This document shows positions 27,725 to 39,400 of a DNA stretch of 64,000 bases, piece by piece. How positions within the stretch are numbered: position 1 is the first letter of the stretch; the number at the start of each line of letters is the position of its first letter. Below the pieces are notes generated by a model. That model saw only the letters and a program-made list of their open reading frames with translations, did not search any database and was not told the origin of the DNA. Source of the stretch: Nemertoderma westbladi (Eukaryota > Animalia > Xenacoelomorpha); the NCBI GenBank assembly GCA_032718475.1, contig JAUCBJ010007607.1, forward strand, positions 62,001 to 126,000. Reading direction: 5' to 3'. Both the position numbers and the translations under genes were made by a program.

Positions 27725-29630
27725 CGTAACGCGACATTAGCCGTACCGCTTTTTGGCTAGGGTTTGTGGTCATGCACAAACTCTAATTAAAATTGTGCTG
27801 TATACAGTATTCGACATTCGATTACTTGTATACATTGTGGTACACTGCCACTTAATTATTTTTTGTATTTTCTACTTCAATTGAATTTAACCCATCCATG
27901 TAATCCTCTGTGTATTTCTAATTTAGTATACACTCCATTTTGGTATGCTATCACCTATACAAGATTGTATAATTTATAAAATTTCTGCTGATTTCAATTA
28001 TATTAAATTTCCTACTGCGTATATATATATATATGACTTATACCCCCATCGAATTTGTAAACAGTTTAGATTACACCGGAGTGACTTTTACTACTACGAA
28101 TAAACCTTCGGGACATCATAGACAGCTTTATAAAAGGGTTTTGCCAATTGTATGCGCCTCTCATCCAAAGTAGATCTGCCTCTAGTATCATTGGAAGCAG
28201 CGAAACAACCAGGAGGAGATCACTCAGCTTATTGAACACATTCATAAAGCTCGAGGCTTCTTCTGGCCAGGAGGAGATCACTCAGCTTATTGAACACATT
28301 CATAAAGCTCGAGGCTTCTTCTGGCCAGGAGGAGATCACTCAGATTGAACACATTCATAAAGCTCGAGGCTTCTTCTGGCCAGGAGGAGATCACTCAGCT
28401 TATTGAACACATTCATAAAGCTCGAGGCTTCTTCTGGCCAGGAGGAGATCACTCAGATTGAACACATTCATAAAGCTCGAGGCTTCTTCTGGCCAGGAGG
28501 AGATCACTCAGCTTATTGAACACATTCATAAAGCTCGAGGCTTCTTCTGGCCAGGAGGAGATCACTCAGATTGAACACATTCATAAAGCTCGAGGCTTCT
28601 TCTGGCCAGGAGGAGATCACTCAGCTTATTGAACACATTCATAAAGCTCGAGGCTTCTTCTGGCCAGGAGGAGATCACTCAGATTGAACACATTCATAAA
28701 GCTCGAGGCTTCTTCTGGCCAGGAGGAGATCACTCAGCTTATTGAACACATTCATAAAGCTCGAGGCTTCTTCTGGCCAGGAGGAGATCACTCAGATTGA
28801 ACACATTCATAAAGCTCGAGGCTTCTTCTGGCCAGGAGGAGATCACTCAGCTTATTGAACACATTCATAAAGCTCGAGGCTTCTTCTGGCCAGGAGGAGA
28901 TCACTCAGATTGAACACATTCATAAAGCTCGAGGCTTCTTCTGGCCAGGAGGAGATCACTCAGCTTATTGAACACATTCATAAAGCTCGAGGCTTCTTCT
29001 GGCCAGGAGGAGATCACTCAGATTGAACACATTCATAAAGCTCGAGGCTTCTTCTGGCCAGGAGGAGATCACTCAGCTTATTGAACACATTCATAAAGCT
29101 CGAGGCTTCTTCTGGCCAGGAGGAGATCACTCAGATTGAACACATTCATAAAGCTCGAGGCTTCTTCTGGCCAGGAGGAGATCACTCAGCTTATTGAACA
29201 CATTCATAAAGCTCGAGGCTTCTTCTGGCCAGGAGGAGATCACTCAGATTGAACACATTCATAAAGCTCGAGGCTTCTTCTGGCCAGGAGGAGATCACTC
29301 AGCTTATTGAACACATTCATAAAGCTCGAGGCTTCTTCTGGCCAGGAGGAGATCACTCAGATTGAACACATTCATAAAGCTCGAGGCTTCTTCTGGCCAG
29401 GAGGAGATCACTCAGCTTATTGAACACATTCATAAAGCTCGAGGCTTCTTCTGGGCAGGAGGAGATCACTCAGATTGAACACATTCATAAAGCTCGAGGC
29501 TTCTTCTGGCCAGGAGGAGATCACTCAGATTGAACACATTCATAAAGCTTGATGCTTCTTCTGGCCAGGAGTAGATCACTCAGATTAAACACTTTCATAA
29601 AGCTCGAGGCTTCTTCTGGTAACTGTGGTG
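27725..29630 (-). mobile_element. CR1/L2-like LINE 3' remnant carrying a tandem expansion
   Basis: Degenerate ORF2 C-terminus (RGAYNWQN..., resembling the RGAKLWN motif) followed by an AT-rich 3' UTR. Confidence 0.4.
28212..29620. repeat. alternating 58/55-bp tandem repeat (113-bp dimer)
   Basis: GGAGGAGATCACTCAG(CTT)ATTGAACACATTCATAAAGCTCGAGGCTTCTTCTGGCCA, about 24 monomers. Confidence 0.95.
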
Positions 29631-29875
29631 CGGAATGAGCGAGTTTGCTTCCACCACAGCTATCATAAATGCTGTTGATAACCAACGCCCCCCCATCCGC
29701 ACTCGGGGGTATAGACTTTAGCTGCCTTAGCGGAAGTCGCAGGGGAGCTGAGGCTGAGGCACAGGTGGTCTCCAACGGATTCCATCACGTAGAACCACTA
29801 ACTGTTTGCGCCCTACTTCATCCTGCATCTCTTGGAAGTGCCAAGAGCCAGCAACAAGTAACGAACATACGAAAT

Positions 29876-30052
29876 GTTCCGTTCCGTTCCGTTCCGATCC
29901 GTTTCGTTCCGTTCCGTTCCGTTCCGTTCCGTTCCGTTCCATTCCGTTCCGTTCCGTCCCGTTCCGTTCCGTTCCGTCCCGTTCCGTTCCATTCCGTTCC
30001 GCCCCGTTCCGTTCCGTCCCGTCCCGCTCTGTTCCGCTACGTTCCGTTCCGA
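29876..30052. repeat. (GTTCC)n microsatellite
   Basis: Read directly from the sequence. Confidence 0.95.
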
Positions 30053-30298
30053 CTTTAAGCAGGCGTTATGTTTAATGTGCCTTATAGTGTGCCTGTTTGA
30101 TTTGTTTTATAATGTGCCCATTTAATAAATTTTAACAGCTCTTTTAACCCCGACTAACTGACAGACTAATATTTAATTATCGCTTATTTTATTTAAATAA
30201 TATAGATTATAACATTAAATGTTAAATGATATAGATTATAACATTAAATGTTATATTTTGGTCCAAAATTTTAACATAACCATCATGGTGGTAATTAA

Positions 30299-31016
30299 GG
30301 GGGGGGGGGGGGGGTACACCATTTTGGTCCAAATATGTCGAAATTTTTTTTATGGTCTATTATAATGCACTATTGAATGGTGTTTCTAAATCTGAAAACC
30401 GCTATTTAATAGCTCTTTTAGTTTTTAAGTTATAACAATTTCCATTTAGGGATTCCTATTGAAATTACTATTACTATGTATAATGAAAGGTCGATTATCT
30501 CCAAATATTTTTTTATGAAATTGTCAACTTCAAAACCCTACTACTTCTACAATTTTTGAGTAATTAGTCTGAAACTTCCTGTGGGTGTATAGATAGCCAC
30601 CCTGCATAAAAGTATCAGGCAACTTTTCGAAATGTTTTGTTAATAAAATTTAATACTATTTATAAAAATCCTAAAAATTTGCATAAATTTGCAGCGCCAT
30701 CTAGCGGTGCAGAATTATTTTAACAAAATTTCGCCTGATAGTTATGTTGCCCCATCTTTGATCTATCATATAAAAAAAACTTTCATGTGATTAGGTTCAA
30801 AACTGTAAAAGCCTTAGGGTTTTAAGCGCAACCAAGTTTTTTTTGAGGTTAACTAGTATTAACTAATATTAAATAGCGAAAAAAAAAAAATTTCTGACCT
30901 GTCATGTAGAATAGCATCTTAGGCACCTATATGGCAAATTTTAGCCAAAATCAAACAATTTTGAAACGCTGAGAGTGATAAATCGAAGAGTTGTCCGAAA
31001 ATGGTGTACCCCCCCC
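30299..31016. mobile_element. Kolobok-like MITE
   Basis: TTAA TSD at 30295-30298 and 31017-31020; TIR G(n)TACACCATTTT...AAAATGGTGTAC(n); purine-first termini differ from piggyBac CCC. Confidence 0.8.
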
Positions 31017-31669
31017 TTAATGCACAATATTCCGCATAATTTCTTGCATTATGACAATGGTTACATGATTATTATGACATCACATGACGGGGTGGGAACC
31101 CCGTCGGGGTCTAAAGTCCACCTACCTGCGAGCTAAACAACACAACCAGTATCACGTCTCTGGTGTATCTTATAGATAATCATTAAGTTTGCATTACTAT
31201 TTGGCACCATAGTTATTTATAGAATTAATTAAAACAACTCGCCTCAATGACTTGATCCACAATGGACTATAACATAACTTTATTATTCATTAGTTATTAA
31301 TTCGAGGAATTTATGTGATAATTAACATTAAGTGGAGTTGTTACTCAAACATAAATAATGATCATAAAATATTTGTAGTTGAGATGAAGTGTCTTAATTA
31401 ATATTTACTTACAACACAATTTGCTTTGCCAAAGCCTATATATTTATTCTCATTGCATATAGCTAAGGCTGCGTCACAAGCCTTTATTCAATTGATAGCT
31501 GTATAGGCCTACTATACACAGCACATATGATTAATATTATATATATTATTATTTATATTGGCAGATAGAGAAATATTGTTCCCGAAGATTTAATAATTTA
31601 TTAAAGGTTTTTTATTGGATAATAATAGTCTCGATTTAATTACTATAATATATATTCTTATAATCATAA

Positions 31670-32560
31670 CTGTTGTATTTTATATAACAGTTTTATTTTA
31701 TATAACTGTTGTACTTTATATAACAGTTGCACATTATATAACAGTTGTAATTTAACAGTTGTATTTTATATAACTGTTGTACTTTATATAACAGTTGCAC
31801 ATTATATAGTCCAACAATACCCTGTACCTTCTCCTAGGACAAGAAACCCTATCATCCCTAGTGGCATACAACAAATGTAGGATCATATACAGTGCTTTCA
31901 ACTCTCGCAATCCAAAAATAACATACCTCTTCGCCTGGCTTCTAGCGCAGCATAGCCTTAATATATATAAAGACCCTCTATTTGACTACTACAACGCTGC
32001 GTCGTGGATTTACGGACTACCATGCATAACCAGCCTAGTAACGGCATCCTACAGCACCAAACATACCATAAAGAATGCGAAAGAACGCAACAAGCCAACA
32101 GCCAAATATAAGGACATTTTCAATGCGCTGTTTTTAAATAGTATCCTAAACAACATCAACTCAGAAAACCACGTAAGGCATGAATGTATCCTTGATTTTT
32201 ATGGAATCGAAAAATCAACCACACAATAATAACTCATGACTAGGTACACACAGAGCTAACTATCACCATGGTGTCTTTGAGTGACCTGACTTTTATTGAT
32301 TTATTGTTTTATTGATTTACTGATTTATTGATTTATTTTTTGATTATTGACCGTTTTAATTATAGCCTGCCGGGGCGTATGCCGTGCAAATGAATGAATA
32401 GCAGTTGTAATTTAACAGTTGTATTTTATATAACTGTTGTACTTTATATAACAGTTGTAATTTAACAGTTGTATTTTATATAACAGTTGTATTTTATATA
32501 ACAGTTGTATTTTATATAACAGTTGTATTTTATATAACTTTTGTATTTTATATAACAGTT
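31670..32560. repeat. ~19-bp TTATATAACAGTTGTATTT minisatellite interrupted by a LINE 3' end
   Basis: Units at 31670-31808 and 32401-32560. Confidence 0.8.
31809..32400 (+). mobile_element. LINE 3' fragment
   Basis: ORF 31861-32229 with a C-terminal ENHVRHEC zinc-knuckle remnant; (GAAT) tail; flanking minisatellite block duplicated. Confidence 0.55.
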
Positions 32561-32963
32561 GCTTCAAGATAGTATATTTTAGGAATCGAATGGCAGGATG
32601 AATTGTACTGAAAGATATCGCAAAATAAAACTACAGTTCAAAAAAAAATATAAAAACGGCAATAAATTTTACATTTGATTGTTTAATGTTTTTTTTAATG
32701 TTTATTTTACTCACTAGGATCTCTTACAAGAATTTGATTATGATCACTTCTTATAACTGATACTGTTGTAATTTTAAATAGTTTACAGTTCAGCATATTA
32801 GATTCACAACTATCTACATTTTAACTTCTGTGCAACACTGTGCAGTCTACATTCAGAATTCTCTATATTACTTCGTGTTTAGTTCTTAAATTTGATTTGT
32901 TCTTGTCATCTACGCCTTTCTGGTTTGTTGTAAATTGAAATTTGAATTATATTTGAACATAAA

Positions 32964-33492
32964 ATGCGCAAATTAGGACAATTATCAAGATTCCCAACAC
33001 AATTTCAAGGACCAATTCAAGATGATGTTTTCTATCAGACAACCGAAAATACTGTAAATAATACACGTAACGAAGACAACTTATCGCATTCAGTTCAAAC
33101 ACCAAGAAGGCGGGTTGGAGTTGTGGAAATGGTTAATTATATCGATAACAACCCAATGGGAATTGTTGGAGATAGAAGAGTTGACTTGGAAACAATTTCG
33201 AGACGAGATGGTGTCCTAACAAATAATTATAATGACAATAATGTAACAAACAGTGAGCTGTTAATTCCTCAGTATGAATTCGCAGATAATCGACTTCAAC
33301 CTATTGGTGTCGGTCTACAGGCACCCAACATTGGAGGGGCTAGGGGGTGTCTTGAATATGGGATAACATTAACATTACCTACTCCGTCTCCAAGGTTACC
33401 GAGTACTCCTATAAATAATGGTGTAGATTCCGATTGGAACAGGTCGAGTTACATTCAGTTGGACACAGAAGGTCGTTTACTTTCTCTTCCTG
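32964..33492 (+). CDS. GLIS probable first coding exon
   Basis: 185-aa ATG-initiated ORF; phase-1 donor G|GTAAT is compatible with the next exon; other nearby donors are possible. Confidence 0.55.
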
Positions 33493-36400
33493 GTAATAAA
33501 CAAAGGTTAGCGGTAATTTAGGCATTTAAGAACTACTTTATATTTATATATTTATATTAGGCCATATATGGAGAGCAGGCATAGGGGAAGATAACGGAGC
33601 TAATGTGCTACTAATACAACTAGAATTTAGAATTTTAATACCACATTCCGAACTCGGACAGTGGAAATGAGATCCTTCCAGGCTTCCCGATTCTCCATAG
33701 TTGTCGCAATTTCGTTTCTCTCAAGTTCAGATTTGGTATGACCTCGTCTTTACTTGCCCATTACTGAATTTTAATTTGCGTTCACGGATGGTGGTTGATA
33801 CAGGTGGTACTAAGGATCGGCATGCTGCATTGCAGCTGCATTTTTAAGAATACTGTGCCGGCTTGTCGACAAAATTGCGCGGCCACAACTCCCTATCACC
33901 CATGACATTTGCTAGATCATTCACATATTCAAGGCCAGTATCCTTTAAGATGCGTCCCAAGAAAGTCATGGGCTGTCCACCATGCTTATTCACTCCATGA
34001 GGCTGCCAAAGCACAAGACTGTGCACTGGCTGGTCCTCACGGCGAAAATAATGTCCTGCCTAGCGGAGGCGACTTTGTTCTAGTGTCAAGCTTGGGGGAA
34101 CCAATGAGACACCTCCAATGTTATATAGTGTCTGGTAGGAGATGTGTGCATTGTACTTGACACAATGAACCCGGCGTAGCATTCTTGTGAATGTGCCATC
34201 CAGAGATTTTGTGTCCTCAGCAGTTAGAGCCCAGCATGGACTCCCATAGAGGAGTACTGGAACTACTGCTGCTCTAAATAATCGGACCTTAAGTTTCCAA
34301 TTAATTCTCGGTGACTTCCAAATCCTGGAAAGCCTATTCAAGGCTGCCCATGCCTTTCCCTTACGTATTCGAAGGTCCTCACCTGACTTCCGGATCCATG
34401 ATCCCAGGTAACAGAAGTCATCCACATGCTCAAGCATACCATCTTTTGAGCTTATGCTCATCCGATCAGAGACTTGCTGAGGACTTTCAAAGTTAACTGT
34501 CAAAATTTTGGTCTTTCTGGAGTTAATAAAAAGACCAACACTAGATCAGCATGTTCTAATGAGCTGAGGAGCCGTTGGGCTCCCTCTAGTGATTCTGAGA
34601 GTACTCCTAAGTCATCAGCAAAGTCTAGATCAGTTAGGTACTTGACAGGATTTCCTCGACTTCTGGAGCCAGTAGGTGGAGTCATCATCACCCCATCATC
34701 ATTATGATGATCTAAGGACATGCATAGAAAATAGTCAACAACAATTATGAACAAGAATGGTGCAAGTGTGTCTCCCTGGAGGACGCCCCATAACACTTCA
34801 AATGGTTCTGTGTCACCGTCAACAGTAGACACAAATGTTGTCGAACCATCGTATACTGATCTGATCGCTGTAATATTATATTATATATTATAATATTATA
34901 ATAATAGTATTGTAACATAAAGCTCGGCGTTTGTCATGTGTTGCCCCCAGCCCATGTTTAAGGCTGCCCTTAATACTCTTGTGTAGCAACCATCAATTCG
35001 GTGTTCAAGTGATTTAGTCAGTGTCCAGGTCTCACCCCCATATAAAAATACACTTTCCACTGTGGCTCGAAAGAACTTAGTCTTCAGGTGCCTGGAGAGA
35101 TCTGATTTCCAGATGGTACATCCATTTTTGATAAAGCTACCCAAGCCTTTGCTTTCCTAACTTCTATGTCACATAGTATGTCACATAATATGTCAAGTAA
35201 CATAAAGGACCCCCTTGGAAATAAGCTGCAAAGCTTTAGGGGTAATCCTATATATGTTGGACAATACCTTTATACCCGTACATTGTTTGGTGTATTTGTT
35301 ATTGTTTTTATTATTACATAATGTATAAATAAATCTATCTATCTATCAGTGCGGCTGGTTGCGAGAAAAGGGACCTGGGGACCACATGGTCGATTTTGCG
35401 TTTTAGGCCTATTAGATGCAGAATTTTCTGGGCTTTCCGAATATCGAACTATTTTTTTCAAATCGTTTTTTGTTAAGAAGTTATGAATGTTTACACAAAA
35501 AATTAAAAACGCAGGTCCCTTTTCTCGCAACCAATGTTAATGTTTTGATGTGGTCCCTTTCTGGCATCTATCTCAGGTATTTTTCGTGCTAAAATTTTGA
35601 AATGTTTTTATAATTCACTAAAATTAATTTTTTTGCGCTATATATAGCGGTATTTTTGGACACGGATCACAAATATTGAACTCAAATATAACATTCTAGA
35701 AAATTTTTGGTAATTGTGAATGTGTCCTTTGGGGCACGAAAAAAAATCGTAGTGCAAATATGATAATGAAAAATCACCACAAAATTAAATTGATTTTATG
35801 AACATATGGTTTTTTTTGGAATGCTGATCAAGAATTAAAATAATTTTTTCGATATGTGTCAATGTGCGGCACGAAAAATACAAGTAGCAAAAGTTTGATA
35901 ACCAAAAATCATTACCAAATCAACCTGAATTTTAGACATTATGGGTTTTCCGGGACACTGATCACGAATATGACACTCAAAAATATCGTATTTATCGAAC
36001 CAAATTCGCTTTTTGCAATTTGAAATGTTTCCAACTTGTAATTTTCTTCCCACCAGACAAGCGCCAAATTGACAGTTGCGTTACCACGAATGATTTGTAT
36101 CGTGTTGTATCGTGATCAGCTACCTTGAAAACCAGTATAGCTTCAGAATTACCAAACCAAAGGCATAATTTGACAGTTTATAAGTTTGTGCTACTTGTAA
36201 TTTTCGTTCTAGGGCACTAGAATAGCACCAAAATTGGGTTTGTATTACCAGAAATATTTATAACTAGTTTCATCGTAATCACGTACGTTCAGAATTATCA
36301 AACCAAACACAAATTTTATATTTTGACATTTTCTTACTTGTTCTTTTCATACTGGAGGACCAAAATAGCACTAAAAATGATGGTTGCTTTTCCAAAAATT

Positions 36401-39400
36401 ATTTTTAACAAGTTTTATCGTGATCAGCGACCTAGAAAACCCTATTATTTAATAGGTTCAGCCACTCTGCTTTAGTTTCCATAATAAATTCTAAATTGTT
36501 AGTGTATTAACTTGTTGTTAAATAACTAACTGAATTCAACTTACCTTTAATCTTATATACTAATCTAAGTATATATAATTCTAAAAAAGTCAGCTATGTC
36601 ATATCAAAGTTATATAAAACATTAATCTATATAAGCATGAATATCTATAATACTTACATGTATTTTATTAACAAAAATTCAAAGTAAAAGATTGTAGTTC
36701 TTAATCTTAAGATTAATTTAAAACTTACACAGCATTGGGGTAAAATATTAATATGATATAATAAAAAATAATAAAATAAATAAATAAATATCAGTAGGCT
36801 AAAGGTAAGTGGAGTCATCTAATTTAACCGAATAACTAACCGAATAGGCTACAGATATTCTTCGATAATCTAAAAAAACAAGTTTATACGGTGCTTAGTA
36901 CTATTACTAGTAGAATACACGTTCGTGGGGACTTCGCGCAGCACGTAGTCGGCAAGCCTTGGCATACCGTTCATATAGAGCAAATGGGGCATGTCTAGTT
37001 TGGACCCAATATCCCATGCTATAAATGTATTCATTCGATATACAATCATATGTTAATCCGCTAGGTGGTGTCAAATTGTTATTCTGCAATTTCGTACTTA
37101 CCAGTGCAGCACTGTACAGCAGTACCGTACCGGTAGGCCTATGTCATTACTTCTGAGTCTCTAGCAGATCCCCAATTAAATGTCTTAACTTTTCAATTTC
37201 GTAAAAGATAGACTTCATGATTCTCTACAAGCAACCAAAATTTCAGCTCAGGAAAATGAGGCGTTCCCGAGAAATTTAACATTTTCTAAAAACCACATAA
37301 TCTGTCGTAGCTGACGTCAGACTGCATGATTTTTCACCAAACTTTACAAACTTTCTAAACTTTCTCTCTACTACTTACCTACTAAGTTTGGTTCAATTCC
37401 GAACGAGCGATGCCGAGAAACTCGCGTTCAAACATTTACCAGACAGACGGACGGACAGACAGACAGACAGACGGACATGCCCCATTTGCCCTCTCAGAAT
37501 GAACATTTTTTCCCCCAGGTCCCTTTTCTCGCAACCAGCCACTTGCTACTCTCTATCCATGATCCAAGGTACAGGAAGTCGTCAACCTTCCTTAGTTGAT
37601 TATTATCGATTGTTGTCGATTGTTAAATGCAATCGACCCCCTTAGAAGATATTGGAGCTATTAATTATATTTATTAATAAACAATAAAAGTAATACAGTA
37701 TCAGCTATAATAAATATTAATTGGCGAATATCTAACAATTCCAGACGCCGTAGAAATTCTACGAGTTCTATCAACTTGGAGACCGATTCCCAAAACAAAG
37801 ACAGTTCTCCTACAAACTCAGGGCAGAGATCTCGCAGGGGAAAGAGGTCGTTATCTATAAGGTAAGAAAAACCTTGGGGGGGGGGGGGGGGGGTGGTCGG
37901 GTCAAGTATATAATAACTCGTAATTTTGAATTTAATGAACGGAGACATCTCCAGTTGCAAATTATTTCAAAAATTCAAAAGTCAGTATAACAGGTTGCAT
38001 CTTATTTTTTGGGGTTATCAGCTGTTATTTGCGTCAGTGACAATGGGTTGATTTTGATAGCGTCCATTGACCCCACCCCCCCCCCCCCCCCCATGGCTAC
38101 TCTTATTTAATATTTTTGAAAATTATTAATATTAAATGGTAACCACCGTTTATATTTACCACTTACAGCCCATTGAGTCTGGATGGGATTGATATTAACT
38201 CGCTAATTCGCACCTCCCCAACCAGCCTGGTAGCCTACATAAACAATAGCAATGTATCCGGTTCCGAGATACAATTGGAGTTGAGTAGAAGGTGCAGCAG
38301 TTCCACAACATCCAGCAATCAATTAAATCAGGTTTATCTCTCCCATAGAAACTCAGGATCGAGTTATTCATCCTTCCTAACTGGTTAGAATATTATCAGT
38401 ACTAAATTTGCCTTCCAACTAATAAATTTGTTGTATAATTTACTATTTTTAAATTTTGTGTTTAATAATTTCATAGAAATAAAATAATAAAAACCTGTGT
38501 AAAAGCTTTTGCGGATATAATCAGTCCCCTTGCCCGCAAAGTACCGTTGTAGGTGTTTTAACGGACATAAAAGTCATTCTTCTATATGTGTGCTTTGGCG
38601 GACATGGAAAGGCACAAAACCCGCAATGCGTCAAATCCTCTAGCACAGTGTAGCCTTGATGATTCAGATTACGACATCTAACAGCTGGTTGCTGGTATGG
38701 AAACGGCCGTTGGACACATGGTTCTTTGTTTAGCTTAACAGCCAATCTGGGCGATTTTTACTGTCGATGTGGAGATATTCTACAGATCGTACTAGGCGTA
38801 TTCAGTCTTACTGTTTTCTTGATACTGTTGTGTTGTTTCTATCTAGGCCAAGAACACCGGCTCTGGAGTCAATTTGTTTCAGACTTTAGAAGAAACATTA
38901 GTAGGCTTAGATTATAGAGCGTATAACTGTTACCGGCAGATCATATCATTGTTACATTATCAGTACATTGTCATATCATATCTTAACCTACCGTCTTAAT
39001 GGTTTTACTGTTGTTTGGTTGAATATTATTACTTGGAGAACATCGATAAATAACCCAAATTTCCCAATTTTCTTGATACACTACAGGTTAGAGAGACAGG
39101 TTACATATAGCGATTGCGACTTATATTATCGTGGTTTGTAGTGAGTTTAATGCTATTTGATAGGCACTACATGAGTCAATTGCTGTTCTCTTTATATATG
39201 ATAAAATTCATTGACGGTCGGCAGATTAGTGTGCAGTATTGTGTGGTACCGATAGTGTGCATGATTGTGGCTGATAACTAAGCATTTCCTAAAGAATGCG
39301 CCTCATACGTGAATCATAAGCCTTACCGACTTACCGTTGTGTTTAGTATAAGTCATATCTCTGTTTACCTAGATAGAGCGCCACGTCCTAAAGGAACTGT

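Noticed and set aside
29669-30125. VPFRS / RNGTE repeat ORFs
   Set aside because: (GTTCC)n microsatellite translations
38650-38715. Hammerhead-like TTGATGA...GAAACGGCC
   Set aside because: Core is TTGATGA rather than CTGATGA, stems are unconvincing, and the homologous LTR (~5250-5300) does not keep it
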